From positions 1-64,000 of the IMG/VR virus record IMGVR_UViG_3300029288_000095: a stretch of DNA of 64,000 nucleotides. One strand, written 5' to 3'. This stretch comes from a virus (lineage: Duplodnaviria; Caudoviricetes). Below, piece after piece: positions 9,454-21,312 of the stretch; the first letter of the stretch is position 1, and each line of letters starts with the position of its first letter. Position numbers and translations under genes: made by a program. The notes beneath the pieces were generated by a model. The model searched no databases. It was not told the origin of the DNA and worked only from the letters and a program-made list of their open reading frames with translations.

Positions 9454-9515
9454 CATAAAATAATTAAGGAGCGCACATATGCTGTAGGTAACTTTATTAT
9501 AAAGGAGCCACAACT

Positions 9516-9848
9516 ATGTCACGAAGCTTCAGAAAAGTTCCAGGCTGGAACATGGTTAAACCCAAAAGAAGGAACGGCGGTAATCACGTAAACAAGAAAA
9601 TACGTAGATTATCTATTGACTACGATCTTCCAGATGGGATGTATTTTAAAAAACTTAGCCATGAATTTCATCCATATGATGATGAATGCGTTCGCCTTGG
9701 TATATATTTCAGCCGCCAAGAGTGCGAAAGAAATGAAGAATGGTGCGAAAATGTTCATAACCATACTTGGTGGGGTAGATGGTTTACGATCACCAAGCCG
9801 TACAAGCGCACACCGATTTATAAATATTACATGAAACGAAGCAAATAA
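9516..9848 (+). CDS. Basic hypothetical protein (MSRSxRK N-terminus)
   Basis: Strong SD AAAGGAG; Arg/Lys-rich 110-aa ORF right after the tRNA cluster. Confidence 0.6.
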   Translation: MSRSFRKVPGWNMVKPKRRNGGNHVNKKIRRLSIDYDLPDGMYFKKLSHEFHPYDDECVRLGIYFSRQECERNEEWCENVHNHTWWGRWFTITKPYKRTPIYKYYMKRSK

Positions 9849-9855
9849 AAAGCAC

Positions 9856-9883
9856 TTGACAAAAAACTAATTTGATGTACAAT
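9856..9883 (+). promoter_or_regulatory. sigma70-like promoter
   Basis: TTGACA-N16-TACAAT. Confidence 0.75.
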
Positions 9884-9913
9884 CAAACGAGTAAGTTTCA
9901 ATAGGAGTGTCAT

Positions 9914-11278
9914 ATGGACACGCTTGAAAAAGCCCGTTTGTTATTGCAAGAAATACAAAAGTTCGGCGGTGAATCTTATATAGTCGGCGGTGCTGTAAGG
10001 GATTCCGTTTTAGGTATAACACCACACGATGTAGATATAGCCACGAACGTTCCAATGCATGTTCTTGAAAACAATTTTCCAACCTATGATCTTGGTAAAA
10101 ATAAATCGTTTGGTGTTATAGGAATAAAGTATCTTGATGAGACATTTGAAGTGGCTCAGTTTAGAACAGAATCAGATTATTCCGATGGACGCCATCCGGA
10201 CAAAGTATTATTTACAAATACGTTACAAGAAGACGTGTCTAGGCGCGATTTCACAATCAATGCTCTAGCTGCGGATATGTTTGGAGAAATAATAGATCAT
10301 GTCGGAGGATTGAATGATATAAGAAGCCGTATAATAAGAACAGTAGGAAATCCAAGTCTGCGTTTTAACGAAGACCATTTACGTATGATACGCGCCGTTA
10401 GATTTGCTACGCGATTCAATTTTGTATTAGAATTTGATACAATGCAAGCTATAAGGGCTAATGCAAATAAAATATTGAGCGTATCGCCAGAACGTATATG
10501 GCAAGAAGTATGGAAAGCCGCTTCATATGGGAAATCATTTGCTAATTTTATAACACTACTCGATACCGTAGATTTGCTTCGGTATATATTTCCAGACATA
10601 TATATTATGAAGCATGGACGATTTCCGCATGCGGCAATACATCATCCCGAGGGCGACACATATTCGCATACAATGAAGTGCATAGAATATCGTAACAGTT
10701 TTTCACCGCTTAGAAATATCATACTATTGTTCCATGACGTAGGCAAAATAAAAACGTATGTATACGAAGATGGGAAGCATACTTATCATGGGCATGAATC
10801 CGCTGGGCTTCCAATAATAGACAACGTATGTGATCAATATAGGGTGGATAATGAAACCCGCGAATGTATGAAATTCTGTACACAAGAGCATATGATATTC
10901 AAACAGCTACCAAAGATACGATCTTCAAAAGCTTTTGAATTATATCAAAACAAGTTTTTCAATATATTGAAAGAAATATGCGAAGCTGACGATCTATGCC
11001 GTGGTTTAGAAAATAGCATAGCAGAATGGTATGAACTTGAAAAATTTATAGAAGGGCTTGACGTAAAATACAAATCTCACACTTTCAAAAAAGCGTTTCA
11101 CGAAATAATAAATGGCGGTGTCGTCATGAATATGAGGGGCATACCACCGGGTCCGCAAATAGGTAACGTTATAAACAATACTTTCCAGTGGATACTAGAC
11201 AACAATATACCACTTTCGGATGTAGAAAAAATACTTGGTTATGCCGCATCAGCACCACTTGACAAAAAAATGGTTTAG
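9914..11278 (+). CDS. cca: CCA tRNA nucleotidyltransferase with HD domain
   Basis: VGGAVRD, DVDIAT, RRDFTINA, EDHLRMIRAVRF motifs; HPEG..H...HDVGK HD domain. Confidence 0.92.
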   Translation: MDTLEKARLLLQEIQKFGGESYIVGGAVRDSVLGITPHDVDIATNVPMHVLENNFPTYDLGKNKSFGVIGIKYLDETFEVAQFRTESDYSDGRHPDKVLFTNTLQEDVSRRDFTINALAADMFGEIIDHVGGLNDIRSRIIRTVGNPSLRFNEDHLRMIRAVRFATRFNFVLEFDTMQAIRANANKILSVSPERIWQEVWKAASYGKSFANFITLLDTVDLLRYIFPDIYIMKHGRFPHAAIHHPEGDTYSHTMKCIEYRNSFSPLRNIILLFHDVGKIKTYVYEDGKHTYHGHESAGLPIIDNVCDQYRVDNETRECMKFCTQEHMIFKQLPKIRSSKAFELYQNKFFNILKEICEADDLCRGLENSIAEWYELEKFIEGLDVKYKSHTFKKAFHEIINGGVVMNMRGIPPGPQIGNVINNTFQWILDNNIPLSDVEKILGYAASAPLDKKMV

Positions 11279-11286
11279 TGTATAAT
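11259..11286 (+). promoter_or_regulatory. sigma70-like promoter
   Basis: TTGACA-N16-TATAAT. Confidence 0.75.
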
Positions 11287-11314
11287 ACGATCTGTAATAA
11301 CAAGGAGCGTAAAA

Positions 11315-12271
11315 GTGGACTTTAATAAAATAGCCGAAAAGAATTGCATCCTAAAGGCTACTGTCGGGTCAAAGCTTTACGGAACTAATTCTGAAAATTC
11401 TGATAACGATTATGTCGGCATATTCATGCCAGATGAAAACATGGTATATGGACTATATAAATGCGAACAAGTTGAAATTAAAACGAACGCATCGTCAAGC
11501 GGCGTAAAAAACAACGCCGGCGATACGGACTATACTTGCTATGAATTCCGTAAGTTCATCCATCTTTGCCAGAAGGCAACGCCGAATATCCTTGAAATAC
11601 TTTTTGTGCCAGATCAATTGAAACTAATGGTTGGAAATTTTGGATATTTTGAATGGATTGTTAAACATAGAAATATGTTCATCACCAAAAGAATATTTGA
11701 TACATTCATGGAGTACGCAATCGCGCAAGAGCGGCTTCTGAAAACTAAGACAATCAGATATAAGGCGCTGCTTGAAATGTACGCCTATCTGCAAGACGTT
11801 TATCCGGCAGACGTGGAAAATCCACTTGGAATTGATCGGCAGAAGAAACTTATCGAAATCTATCCAGATTTCAGAAACAAAAAAGGCGATATCAAGCAGT
11901 TCAACGAAACCATGCCGTTCAAGTACGTCTTTGAAAACATCAAGCGCGAAGTGGAAGGCTACGGATATCGTAAAGAAAATATCTTGAAACACAATTTTGA
12001 AATTAAATATGCTAGCCATATGGCGCGACTTCTTATGGAAGGTATAGAACTTACCGAAACTGGGATGATCAGCTATCCATTAGCGAATGCGGAGGTTATA
12101 AAAGCCATAAAGTACGGCGAAGTGAATGAAAGTGATTTCTACGGAATCGTTGAAACTTTGAAAAAACGTTTCCGCGAAGTTGAATCAAAATCAAATCTTC
12201 CCGCGCATCCAGACATGGACGACGTAAATAAGTTTCAGATTGAAATGATAAAAGACTTTTTAGGAGAATAA
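11315..12271 (+). CDS. Nucleotidyltransferase (Pol-beta superfamily, Nuc-transf/RlaP-like)
   Basis: GSKLYGTN..NSDNDYVGIF; PNILE; KYASH..RLL. Confidence 0.85.
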   Translation: MDFNKIAEKNCILKATVGSKLYGTNSENSDNDYVGIFMPDENMVYGLYKCEQVEIKTNASSSGVKNNAGDTDYTCYEFRKFIHLCQKATPNILEILFVPDQLKLMVGNFGYFEWIVKHRNMFITKRIFDTFMEYAIAQERLLKTKTIRYKALLEMYAYLQDVYPADVENPLGIDRQKKLIEIYPDFRNKKGDIKQFNETMPFKYVFENIKREVEGYGYRKENILKHNFEIKYASHMARLLMEGIELTETGMISYPLANAEVIKAIKYGEVNESDFYGIVETLKKRFREVESKSNLPAHPDMDDVNKFQIEMIKDFLGE

Positions 12272-12460
12272 AAATGAAGTTTAATTTTTATGATGACGGA
12301 TCATTATCGAAGAAAAGTATTGAAAACCGCATAGCGCGTGTGTTGAAACGTGATTATCTTGCATTAAGCAAATATGAATTTAAGAATTGTTTTGATGTAT
12401 TTAACAATCTAAAAGCAAAGAAGTTTAAAATAGAAATTATTGTCAAGGAAGCGAAATAGA

Positions 12461-13084
12461 ATGCCGTATCCCATCAGCGTAAAGAAAAACAATTACTTTG
12501 AAAAGCGGAAGAACAGCACGGTTCTTACGCCGAAACTGCTGGCGGATAATATATTTGATATCGTTCAAAGTTCTAATTGGTACGAATCTGAAAATCCAGT
12601 AGTATATGACATCGGTTGTAATTCTGGTGAATTAAGCCTTCCATTTAAAGATACCGCAATAAGTTGTGTCGGAATAGATATAGCAGACGTAAAATATCAT
12701 AGCACTTTCATTAAATGCGATTTTCTTACAATTAACAAAAACAATTTCCCAGAAAACAATTTATCAAGATTATTTTTATGCAATCCGCCGTTTAACTGGG
12801 AATGCCAAGGTCATGGAAGAAAGCTTTTGCCAGAACTTTTTCTTCGGAAGATATTTGAATTGTTTGGCACGAAAGTTCCAGTAGTTTTAATAAGCCCTAT
12901 GGGCATGATGTTAAATCAGAGATTAAAAAGTAAACGTTGGCCGTGGTTACGCGATTGCGGATGCGAAATAACATCGCGGCTTGTTATTCCAATAGACATA
13001 TTCCCAGAAGTGGCTTTCCATGCGGAAGTTTTATTTTTCAATATTCACGGGATCAAGGCAACGTATTTTTTGGAAGGAGTTTGA
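12461..13084 (+). CDS. N6-adenine DNA methyltransferase
   Basis: TP..L, YDIGCNSG (motif I) and NPPF (motif IV); ATG at 12461 preferred over the track start at 12440. Confidence 0.75.
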   Translation: MPYPISVKKNNYFEKRKNSTVLTPKLLADNIFDIVQSSNWYESENPVVYDIGCNSGELSLPFKDTAISCVGIDIADVKYHSTFIKCDFLTINKNNFPENNLSRLFLCNPPFNWECQGHGRKLLPELFLRKIFELFGTKVPVVLISPMGMMLNQRLKSKRWPWLRDCGCEITSRLVIPIDIFPEVAFHAEVLFFNIHGIKATYFLEGV

Positions 13085-16000
13085 TCATGGAATTGCATGA
13101 TTTTGAAATTGTTGAAAAAGATCGCGAAATCGATCAATATATTTGCGTTCAAATATTAGTTAGGATAAGGAAAAACGATACTGGCGAAGTGCGCGAATAT
13201 AAAGACTATGCTATATGGGAAGATGATTTTGCTAATGATGGATTAGGACAGCCATCATTATTCATTTGGCAAGAAGGTAATTATGCTTGTGATTGTAACA
13301 GATATCTGTTCTTCCAACGTTCGGCTAATGAAGAAGAAGATTTGGATAAAAAGAATTGCGGTGATGATAAGTATTCTGTTCAGATATATAATCCGAAAAA
13401 CGGAGAAATACTTTATAACGAATTTGAATAAGGAGCTCTTATGCGTGAAAAGATTATAGCGATTCTTCAACAACATCTATCTGTAACGGATGAATGGGGC
13501 GGATGTAAGGTTGCAGAATCGCAATTCAGCTATGGCTTTGAGGTTGACGGGATTGAAGATGCCGCCGATGAAATTATTGCTATGATTATAAATAATAAAT
13601 GTAAAGAGTGAAAAATATGGAAGAACAAAAAGTAATACTTGACGATAGCCCAGAAGCGGCTGTCTATGAAACAAGACAAGTCACGGGATGGTTTTCAACA
13701 GACGGAAAGTATTTTTACGGGAACGATGAACGACAAGCGAAATATATGGGAAGTACCCATAGAAAATGTGATAAATGTGGTGGGTTAATCAGTAAAAACT
13801 CATTTTGTCGCTCTTGTTGGGATAGAAAACAACAAGAAGACTATCTGGCTATGCCTATCGTGGAATGGGATGGGAAAGCACCTATTTGTTTGACCGGCGG
13901 CGAACACTATTTTTTCAGCGAAGATGATCTATATTGTTATTGTGATAATAATGAAGTTCAGCCGCAAGATTTACAGTTGGTACTATGTAAGCCAATTTAT
14001 GCGCATAAGCTTGAAAGCGAAGATTGGTGCGATGAGCTTCCAGAAGAAGGCGAAGTACCCGATTGGCTTATTACGGCAATTAAAGAATTTAACGAGAAGG
14101 TAAGATCGCAAAATGAACCGCTATCATATCTGCCTGGAGACAAGCGTGTCAATGTTAAGTTTGAAGTATAAAAGGTTATATTAAAAATGGAAGATTACAT
14201 AGATTTAGAAATAGTGATAGAACAGCAAGGCGCTCCGATTGTTAACCATGGATATATAACAAGAAAATATCCAGATGTAGCAACGGCGTATATAGATATG
14301 CGTTCTAAATATTGCGAACATGAATGTACGATTAGCGGCAGTGATGAAACATGCGGGATATGCATCGGAACAAACGAAAGGTCGCTTTATTTGGACGAAA
14401 GCAAATCCAGAGAAGATTCCACGATGATAAAGTTTCCCCAATTTGTTGGGTGGAATATTTTCTCGGTTGATTCTTCGCGGTACACAATAGCAATATGCTT
14501 TGTTAAGGATTAATAAATGGAAAATAATTTTGCTTCAAAAAACGATACGCGATTTTTGTCTGGATATCCGCTGATAGAATCAATTCGTTCAAAATATAAT
14601 CTATCATCAGAAAATTGGGCTAATCCGACACGATATAAATTCGGATGCATTGATACTCCATACTATGCCGAAATATGGATAGATGGAATGGATTATAATA
14701 ACGTATATTGGTTGTTGGAGTCAATAGATTATTCAGAAGCCACAGCGATTCCTATTATTATATTTTCAAATAGCGAAGAAAGAAGTAAATTTAATTCGTA
14801 TGATTTTGGACAACTACTAAAATTCATAATGTGGAACAGGCAACAATATTTTTGGATAAAAAATGGTGATCGCGGGGTATATGGCGATACTGTTGTTCCA
14901 TACATGCATGAAGTTGAACCTGTTGAATCATACGGTAAGAGCGGATTAGTAAAATGCTATTTTGAACATGCGTCGCAAAAGCGTGTTGAATTTTTTCTAA
15001 ATGAAAATGAATGCTTTAAATACAATTCAAAACCAGTTATAAATAATTGTGATTTGACAATTGATTTGAGAGTCGTTGGTCAATCTATCCCTTCATTACA
15101 CATAAGCACCGACGAAGGTGATGGATTTGACTTTATTAGAAATAATGATCTACCTGATTGGCAAGACTATAAAAGCTGGGCAGAACAGCTAAGATATATC
15201 GCTAATCGTGTTGAAAAAATGAATTATGAAGCTGCTAATCAACCAAAAAATAAAATGGATAACCCGAATGGGAAATAAAGAAATCCAATCATTCACGTTA
15301 ACAATTCCGCAGATGATAGGTATAATCGCGGTAGTAGTTATATTTGTATATATTATAACAGCAGGAGATTGCGTATGAAACTTTGGAAAGAAAGAAAAAT
15401 GTTTACTAAGGCGTCACAGGAAATTATTTTACGTCCTGAATTCAAAGATGTCGGCGCTGACATAAATATGGTAATACAAGATGGGCATGATCCGAAAGAA
15501 CATTATATCGTTCCGATTACATCAGAAGAAGCGCGTGAAATTGCGAAAGAACTTATTTCATACGCAGATGTAGTGGACGGTGAATAATATGAATAAACTT
15601 AAAATCGGAGATAAAATAACTATTCCTACTATTGATGTAGGATTAGGTTGGTCGCAGGATTTTAGATTTTATAGAAATAACAATCTTGCTGGAATTGAAT
15701 TTACTGTTAATCATATTCAAGGCGGAGAAAATTGTTTGGTTCCTACATATGAACTTGTTGCTGATGGATATGGGGTAATAGGGAAATATGGTAATGGCGC
15801 TATAATCGTTTCTCATAATGAATTAGAAAAAGGAGAAAAACAAATGGAAAAAGAATGCGAATTTGAAAAAGAAGTAAACTATCGCGGGTATAGAATCGGA
15901 CTTAATAAAAATAAATACCATGGATACAAATGGGAATTTACATTGATTGATCCGAACAATATTAGTATAGATTTCAATGATACTTATTATGAAACTGATG

Positions 16001-16270
16001 GTGACGCTATTGAAGCAGCGATTGAAGATGTAAATTTTTATATTGAACATGTCACTGAAATCAATATTGAAAATGCAAATAATAATGCCGAAGAAGAAGT
16101 CGGAAATAATGAAGTAAAAATCGCCGCCATAAAAGCGCTTCGCGGTGAAATATATGATCTTCAAGAAGAACGTAAAGTTATGCGCGGTAATGCAAATGCT
16201 ATAAATACAATAGATGCAAATATACTTTGCCTAGCTGATCGAATCGTGGCGATAGCGAACGGAGATAAAA

Positions 16271-16729
16271 ATGGATAATACTATAGAAAAAGCAAAAAAG
16301 TTTGCCGAAGAACGGCATAAAGGACAATTCCGCCGTGACGGTGTTACGCCTTATTTTGAACATGTAAGACGTGTGGCTGAATTGGTTAGTGGATCAAAAA
16401 TAATAAAAACAATGCGTTCTGATGGTAATATTGAAGGATCAGATTCTTTTGTAGCTATTGCATATCTGCATGATGTTGTTGAAGATGGTAAAGCAACATA
16501 TGAAGAAATAAAAGAACAATTTGGATTTGATATATATCTTGGAGTAAAAATGTTGACGCATGATAAATATGCAGATTACTTCAATTATATAAAAGATAAT
16601 GTAAAAGGATACAGTATTGATTTTATAAAACACGCTGATCTTTTGGATAATCTTTCCGATTCGCCTACAGAAAAACAAGTTAAGAAATATTCAAAGGCGC
16701 TGAAAATACTTTTGGGGTTTGAAGAATAG
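16271..16729 (+). CDS. HD-domain protein, small alarmone hydrolase/Mesh1-like
   Basis: A...H.GQ.R..G.PY..H...VA; AYLHDVVED; K.AD..DN. Confidence 0.8.
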   Translation: MDNTIEKAKKFAEERHKGQFRRDGVTPYFEHVRRVAELVSGSKIIKTMRSDGNIEGSDSFVAIAYLHDVVEDGKATYEEIKEQFGFDIYLGVKMLTHDKYADYFNYIKDNVKGYSIDFIKHADLLDNLSDSPTEKQVKKYSKALKILLGFEE

Positions 16730-17284
16730 GAGTGAAATATGCCGCGTGAAATAAAAAAATATAATGGTCGTTGGCATCAAATAGGTAAGGAGCAACATAT
16801 TTATATCGGTGCATATAGTGTAGCCGATGCTTGCAGAATATGCACAACATTATCTGGTAATGATCGCGGATGGCGTAGAGAAATAGATGTATACTTTTGT
16901 AAAGGATGTTGGGGAAATTCAATGAAAGATGTTACAGTCGAACGTGGGGCTTGGGTATCAGAGGGTATGTTTGATAAGCCAGTTCGGGTAATTGACGCAA
17001 ATGGAGAAAAAATATGCGAATAAAAACAAAACTAATCTATGATTGCCAGATTGATGGTAAAGATTATGGTGAAGCAACATTTGAATATCGGAATAGATAT
17101 CAAGATTTAATCGTTAGATATAATGGAGGAGAAATATATTTCCAAATTGTTTTTCCTCCAGAAATATATGATTCATACATAAGGTTTTTTGGGCTTATAA
17201 GCAAGGCTAACGGGCGTGACATTTTGACTTCATGTTATTTTACATATATGAAACTTGAAAAAACGAAAATAGAAGATTAACCAC

Positions 17285-17312
17285 TTGACATAAAAATATT
17301 TTAATGTATAAT
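17285..17312 (+). promoter_or_regulatory. sigma70-like promoter
   Basis: TTGACA-N16-TATAAT. Confidence 0.75.
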
Positions 17313-18393
17313 GTGGGTTAATAACAAGGAGATTATTAATGAAAAAACTTGTAAGAACAATCACATCAGTAAAAGAAATAGATGTGGAAGAGTTTAAGCG
17401 TCTATTTAAGAAGCTATTTGAATTTAAGACAAATGGTGCAGTTAAATTCAATAAAAATCCTCAATATGGTTACAGCAAGGGGGATGAAGATGCTCCGTTC
17501 TTTTCCGAATGCTATCTCTATAACCTTTTGGGAAAAGATGATGCGAGATCAGTTCAAGCAATACTTTATTGCATTGCTAAGCAAGTTCTTAGTGATGATG
17601 AAGTAAACAGAATTATGTAATAAGGATTAAAATATGAGAACACTAATCCTATTCCTTCTCTGCACAGCACTTTTATTTTCAGCTACGGTGACTTATGAAT
17701 GGAATGTACTAAGAATCAGTACTGGTCCTTTTAATGATTATAAAAAAGTGGCGGTTGCTTTTTCTAAACTTGAAAAATGGCAAGTTGAACTTATGAAGCC
17801 AGTTCAATTGTATGGATATGCATCATCATTTGTAGTATATGTATACCCAATCCGGGCAATAACAAATAAATAGGAAATAAAAATGGCTAAAAAGAAAAAA
17901 GAACAAAAGAAATACTGGGTATTTGTTTGGTATGGTGAAGAAACCGTACTGATTGCACGAGGTGTTGATCGGAAAGAAGCTGAAAGCGAAATGAAGTCTT
18001 GGATGAAAGATCATAACTGCGATGAATTTGATGAGGATTCATTTATGGTATTTGATGAACCACCACTATCACCAGATTTCCTCAATATCAATATTATATA
18101 TGAAAATACACGGTATGACGCGGGGATAAAAGAATGAAAAAAAAAGAAAAATTATATTGGGTATTCTTTATTTTAGATGCTGAAGATAACCAATTAGATG
18201 TTGTCTGTTTTGGCGTCAATAAAGAAAAGGCTATGGAAGAAATAGAATCTTATTGCTATGATCGGGAAATAAGCCCTTCCGATTTTGATAACTTCGTATC
18301 TTGGACATCTCCGCCTAAAAGCATAGGCTCTTCTATTTCAGTTGTAGACCCAGACCCAGAATATTCTGTGGAAATTAAATAAGGAGTTCTCAT

Positions 18394-18777
18394 ATGCGTA
18401 AGTCAATCATTTTCACGGTTCTTGTTTCAGTGGTAATGCTGCTTGTCCTGTCTTGTAGCGATGCAGAAATAGCATCCATGAATGTTTCAAAAGCCGCCGA
18501 TCAGTTCGAGATTTACAGACGTGTAGTTTTTTACAATGGTATTACCCACCAGTATATCTTGATGGTCGAAGGTTATTGTTCTATTGAAAAAAGTGAAGAC
18601 GGTATTCTGCGTGTAACCGTAAAGACAGAGAAAGGAGAATACCTTAAACATTATCTTGGACTTTCTGATAATGTAACCTTCTTTGCAGAACAGCTTATGG
18701 CATCGAAAGTAAGCGACAGAAGATATCGTGTTATCTTTAAGCCGTCTGCTATACTACCAGATGTTGAGGTTAGGTGA
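18394..18777 (+). CDS. Conserved phage lipoprotein
   Basis: LVLSC lipobox; ADQFEI.RRVVFYNGIT...EG.CS and KHYLGLSDNVT blocks typical of a widespread phage family. Confidence 0.65.
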   Translation: MRKSIIFTVLVSVVMLLVLSCSDAEIASMNVSKAADQFEIYRRVVFYNGITHQYILMVEGYCSIEKSEDGILRVTVKTEKGEYLKHYLGLSDNVTFFAEQLMASKVSDRRYRVIFKPSAILPDVEVR

Positions 18778-18783
18778 TCAAGT

Positions 18784-18972
18784 ATGGAACCGAAACTTAA
18801 ACCATGTCCTTTCTGTGGAAGTAAGCCAAGATTTCGTAAGGACATAAATATGATTCATTGCACTAACAACACAAAATGCGATGCTCACATGGAAGCCCAA
18901 GACTGGGGCGGTCCAAAAAAGGATGCTCTTGCATGGTTAGTTATGGCTTGGAACAGAAGGATAAAAAGATGA
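18784..18972 (+). CDS. Lar-like restriction-alleviation zinc-finger protein
   Basis: LKPCPFCG...C....C...A...WNRR. Confidence 0.7.
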   Translation: MEPKLKPCPFCGSKPRFRKDINMIHCTNNTKCDAHMEAQDWGGPKKDALAWLVMAWNRRIKR

Positions 18973-20671
18973 AACTACTTAACACAATCCGCATATTCCT
19001 TTGGCTGAAGTTGTGCGAAACTTGGAAGTTTTTACTTGCAGGAATATACTTTATTTTAGTTGTTATAGGAACAATATTAGTAACGTATAAAATATATTGG
19101 AAATTTGGGATCATATTTTATATATTTGGTTTAGTCCTAGCTGGGGTATTTGTCATATTTATTAATGAAACAATTCCATGGTTCAAACAAAACTGGAAAG
19201 AAGCAAAGCGGATCGCGGAAGAAGAAAAATCCATTGATCTAATAAAAAAGCACAAAGATCAACTTTCAGAGATAAAAGTAGATGCTTCTGCTTGGAATAA
19301 AGGTATAATTGATTTTGTTGAAGAAAATAAAAAAGTATTGCAACATATAGGAAAAAATAAAAATCTATTTCCACAAATATCAAAAATAACCTTAGATAGA
19401 ATAAAAAAGATGGAAAAACTTCATAAAAAAGCACAGAAAAGTAAACTTGTGTTTAAAGGTGGTAAAAAATGAAACATAAATATTGGTATGCTTTTTATGA
19501 GAAATATGTTATAGAGGAGGGTGATAGTTACACAGAAAGCGCTGTTTTTATGAATCTGCATCCTATTATTTGGGCGTGTAAAAAAAGGAAAGCGTGTACC
19601 ATTGATATAAAGTTTTTTCATGAAATTGATAAAGACACTTTTAATTCATGGATTGGTACACGTTATTACGAGGTTAAAAAATGAAAACAACCGAAGTATT
19701 GAAACTGTTCTTTAAGCTTAAAGGGCGGGAGATTTATCGGGCAAGAAAAAACCTATTGATTGTTTTACTGACCATTATTGGATTACCTATTGTGATATGC
19801 CTATGCGGTACAATTATCAGTTTACCATACTATATAAACCCAAAGTTCTTTGATAGTATCCTTGGGCTTCTTGATATTAGTTTTAGGACAGATATGGAAG
19901 TATGGAGAAAATCTTTATTTTTCGCCGGTTATTTTCTATGCTTGCTGGTAATACTACTTTTTATAGTAACTCCTATTGTTTTGATATCCAAATGGTTCCG
20001 TGCCAACTGGATCAAAGCAAAGAAAATACTTGAACGGGAAGAGGGGAAAAAAGAATCATGGAAGAATAATGATTCTAACTTATTTCTAAGAGGTGGAAAA
20101 TGAAAATAAATACTGTACTACTTTTAATATTTATATTTTTTAGTATATCATCGTGTTCTATTTATTCACCTCCAACAAGTTTGGATGGTATTACTTTGTA
20201 TACTAAGGATGGCAAAGAAATTAAGTTGGAATGGTGCGGGGGTTATAAATGGTTCTTCAAGGAAAAAATTATAGTTATGGATAATACAGGTAAAACAAAT
20301 ATAGAGTGGAGGTACATGGAAAAATGAGATGGATAAGAAAAGAACCGAAAATGCCTGAAATAGGTGATACTCGTATAGTTACACGGTTTTTGTTTTTCCC
20401 TGTGGAATTACTAACATTGTCCAGAAAAGAAATACAGTTTCGTTGGTTAGAAATAGCAAGAATTGAACAAAAATATATAGAAGTATTACATTTTGATGAT
20501 TACGGGGCTGAAAATTCAATGGAATGGATAGACAAAAGGTGGGCAAATTAGTATGACCTGCGCTAATTGCGGCAAAGAAGTTACCGAAATCCGTTTCGGG
20601 TATAAGCACTATGTATTCTGCTGCTTGGAATGTATGTATGACTTTGTTGAAAATGGGAAGGAGAAAACGAA

Positions 20672-21061
20672 ATGAAACAAGTTATAGTTGTTCGTAAAGA
20701 TTTAAACATGCGCAAAGGCAAAATGTGCGCACAAGCAGCTCATGCATCGATGAAGGTAATTACCGATAGATTGATTTGGGACTCGGCTCATCCTGGTTCA
20801 TATGATCCGGAGCTTAGAACCACTCCGGAAATTACCGAATGGCTTACTGGCATTTTCACCAAAGTGGTAGTCAGCGTGGATTCTGAAGATGAACTAGTTG
20901 ACATTTACAATAAAGCGCAAGAAGCTAAAATACTTTCTTGTATTATTGAAGATTGTGGTCTTACTGAGTTTCATGGAATACCAACAAAAACTGTTGTTGC
21001 TGTTGGACCGGCAAAATCAGAAGATATAGATAAAATTACCAGACATTTAAAATTGTTATAA
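20672..21061 (+). CDS. pth2: Peptidyl-tRNA hydrolase type 2
   Basis: KQVIVVRKDL.M.KGK..AQ.AHA; KVVV; D.G.TE...T..AVGP...ID.IT..LKLL. Confidence 0.93.
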   Translation: MKQVIVVRKDLNMRKGKMCAQAAHASMKVITDRLIWDSAHPGSYDPELRTTPEITEWLTGIFTKVVVSVDSEDELVDIYNKAQEAKILSCIIEDCGLTEFHGIPTKTVVAVGPAKSEDIDKITRHLKLL

Positions 21062-21284
21062 AAAAGGAAAAAACAAAATGATAGCTCTAACAATTACTTC
21101 AATAACTTGGGGGATTCTAGGTTTAATCGCCCTTATGCTATACTATTACGGAAAGAATATTATTACATTAGTAATAGGTACAATATTTGTATCTTTATTC
21201 GGAATTGGCGGTATCTCTTTTATGTTTCTTAATGTTCTAAAAGAAATATTGGGGGAATAATAGGTATTATTGCAAGTGGCGTTA

Positions 21285-21312
21285 TTGACAAAAAGCTTGT
21301 TTCATATATAAT
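21285..21312 (+). promoter_or_regulatory. sigma70-like promoter
   Basis: TTGACA-N16-TATAAT. Confidence 0.7.
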
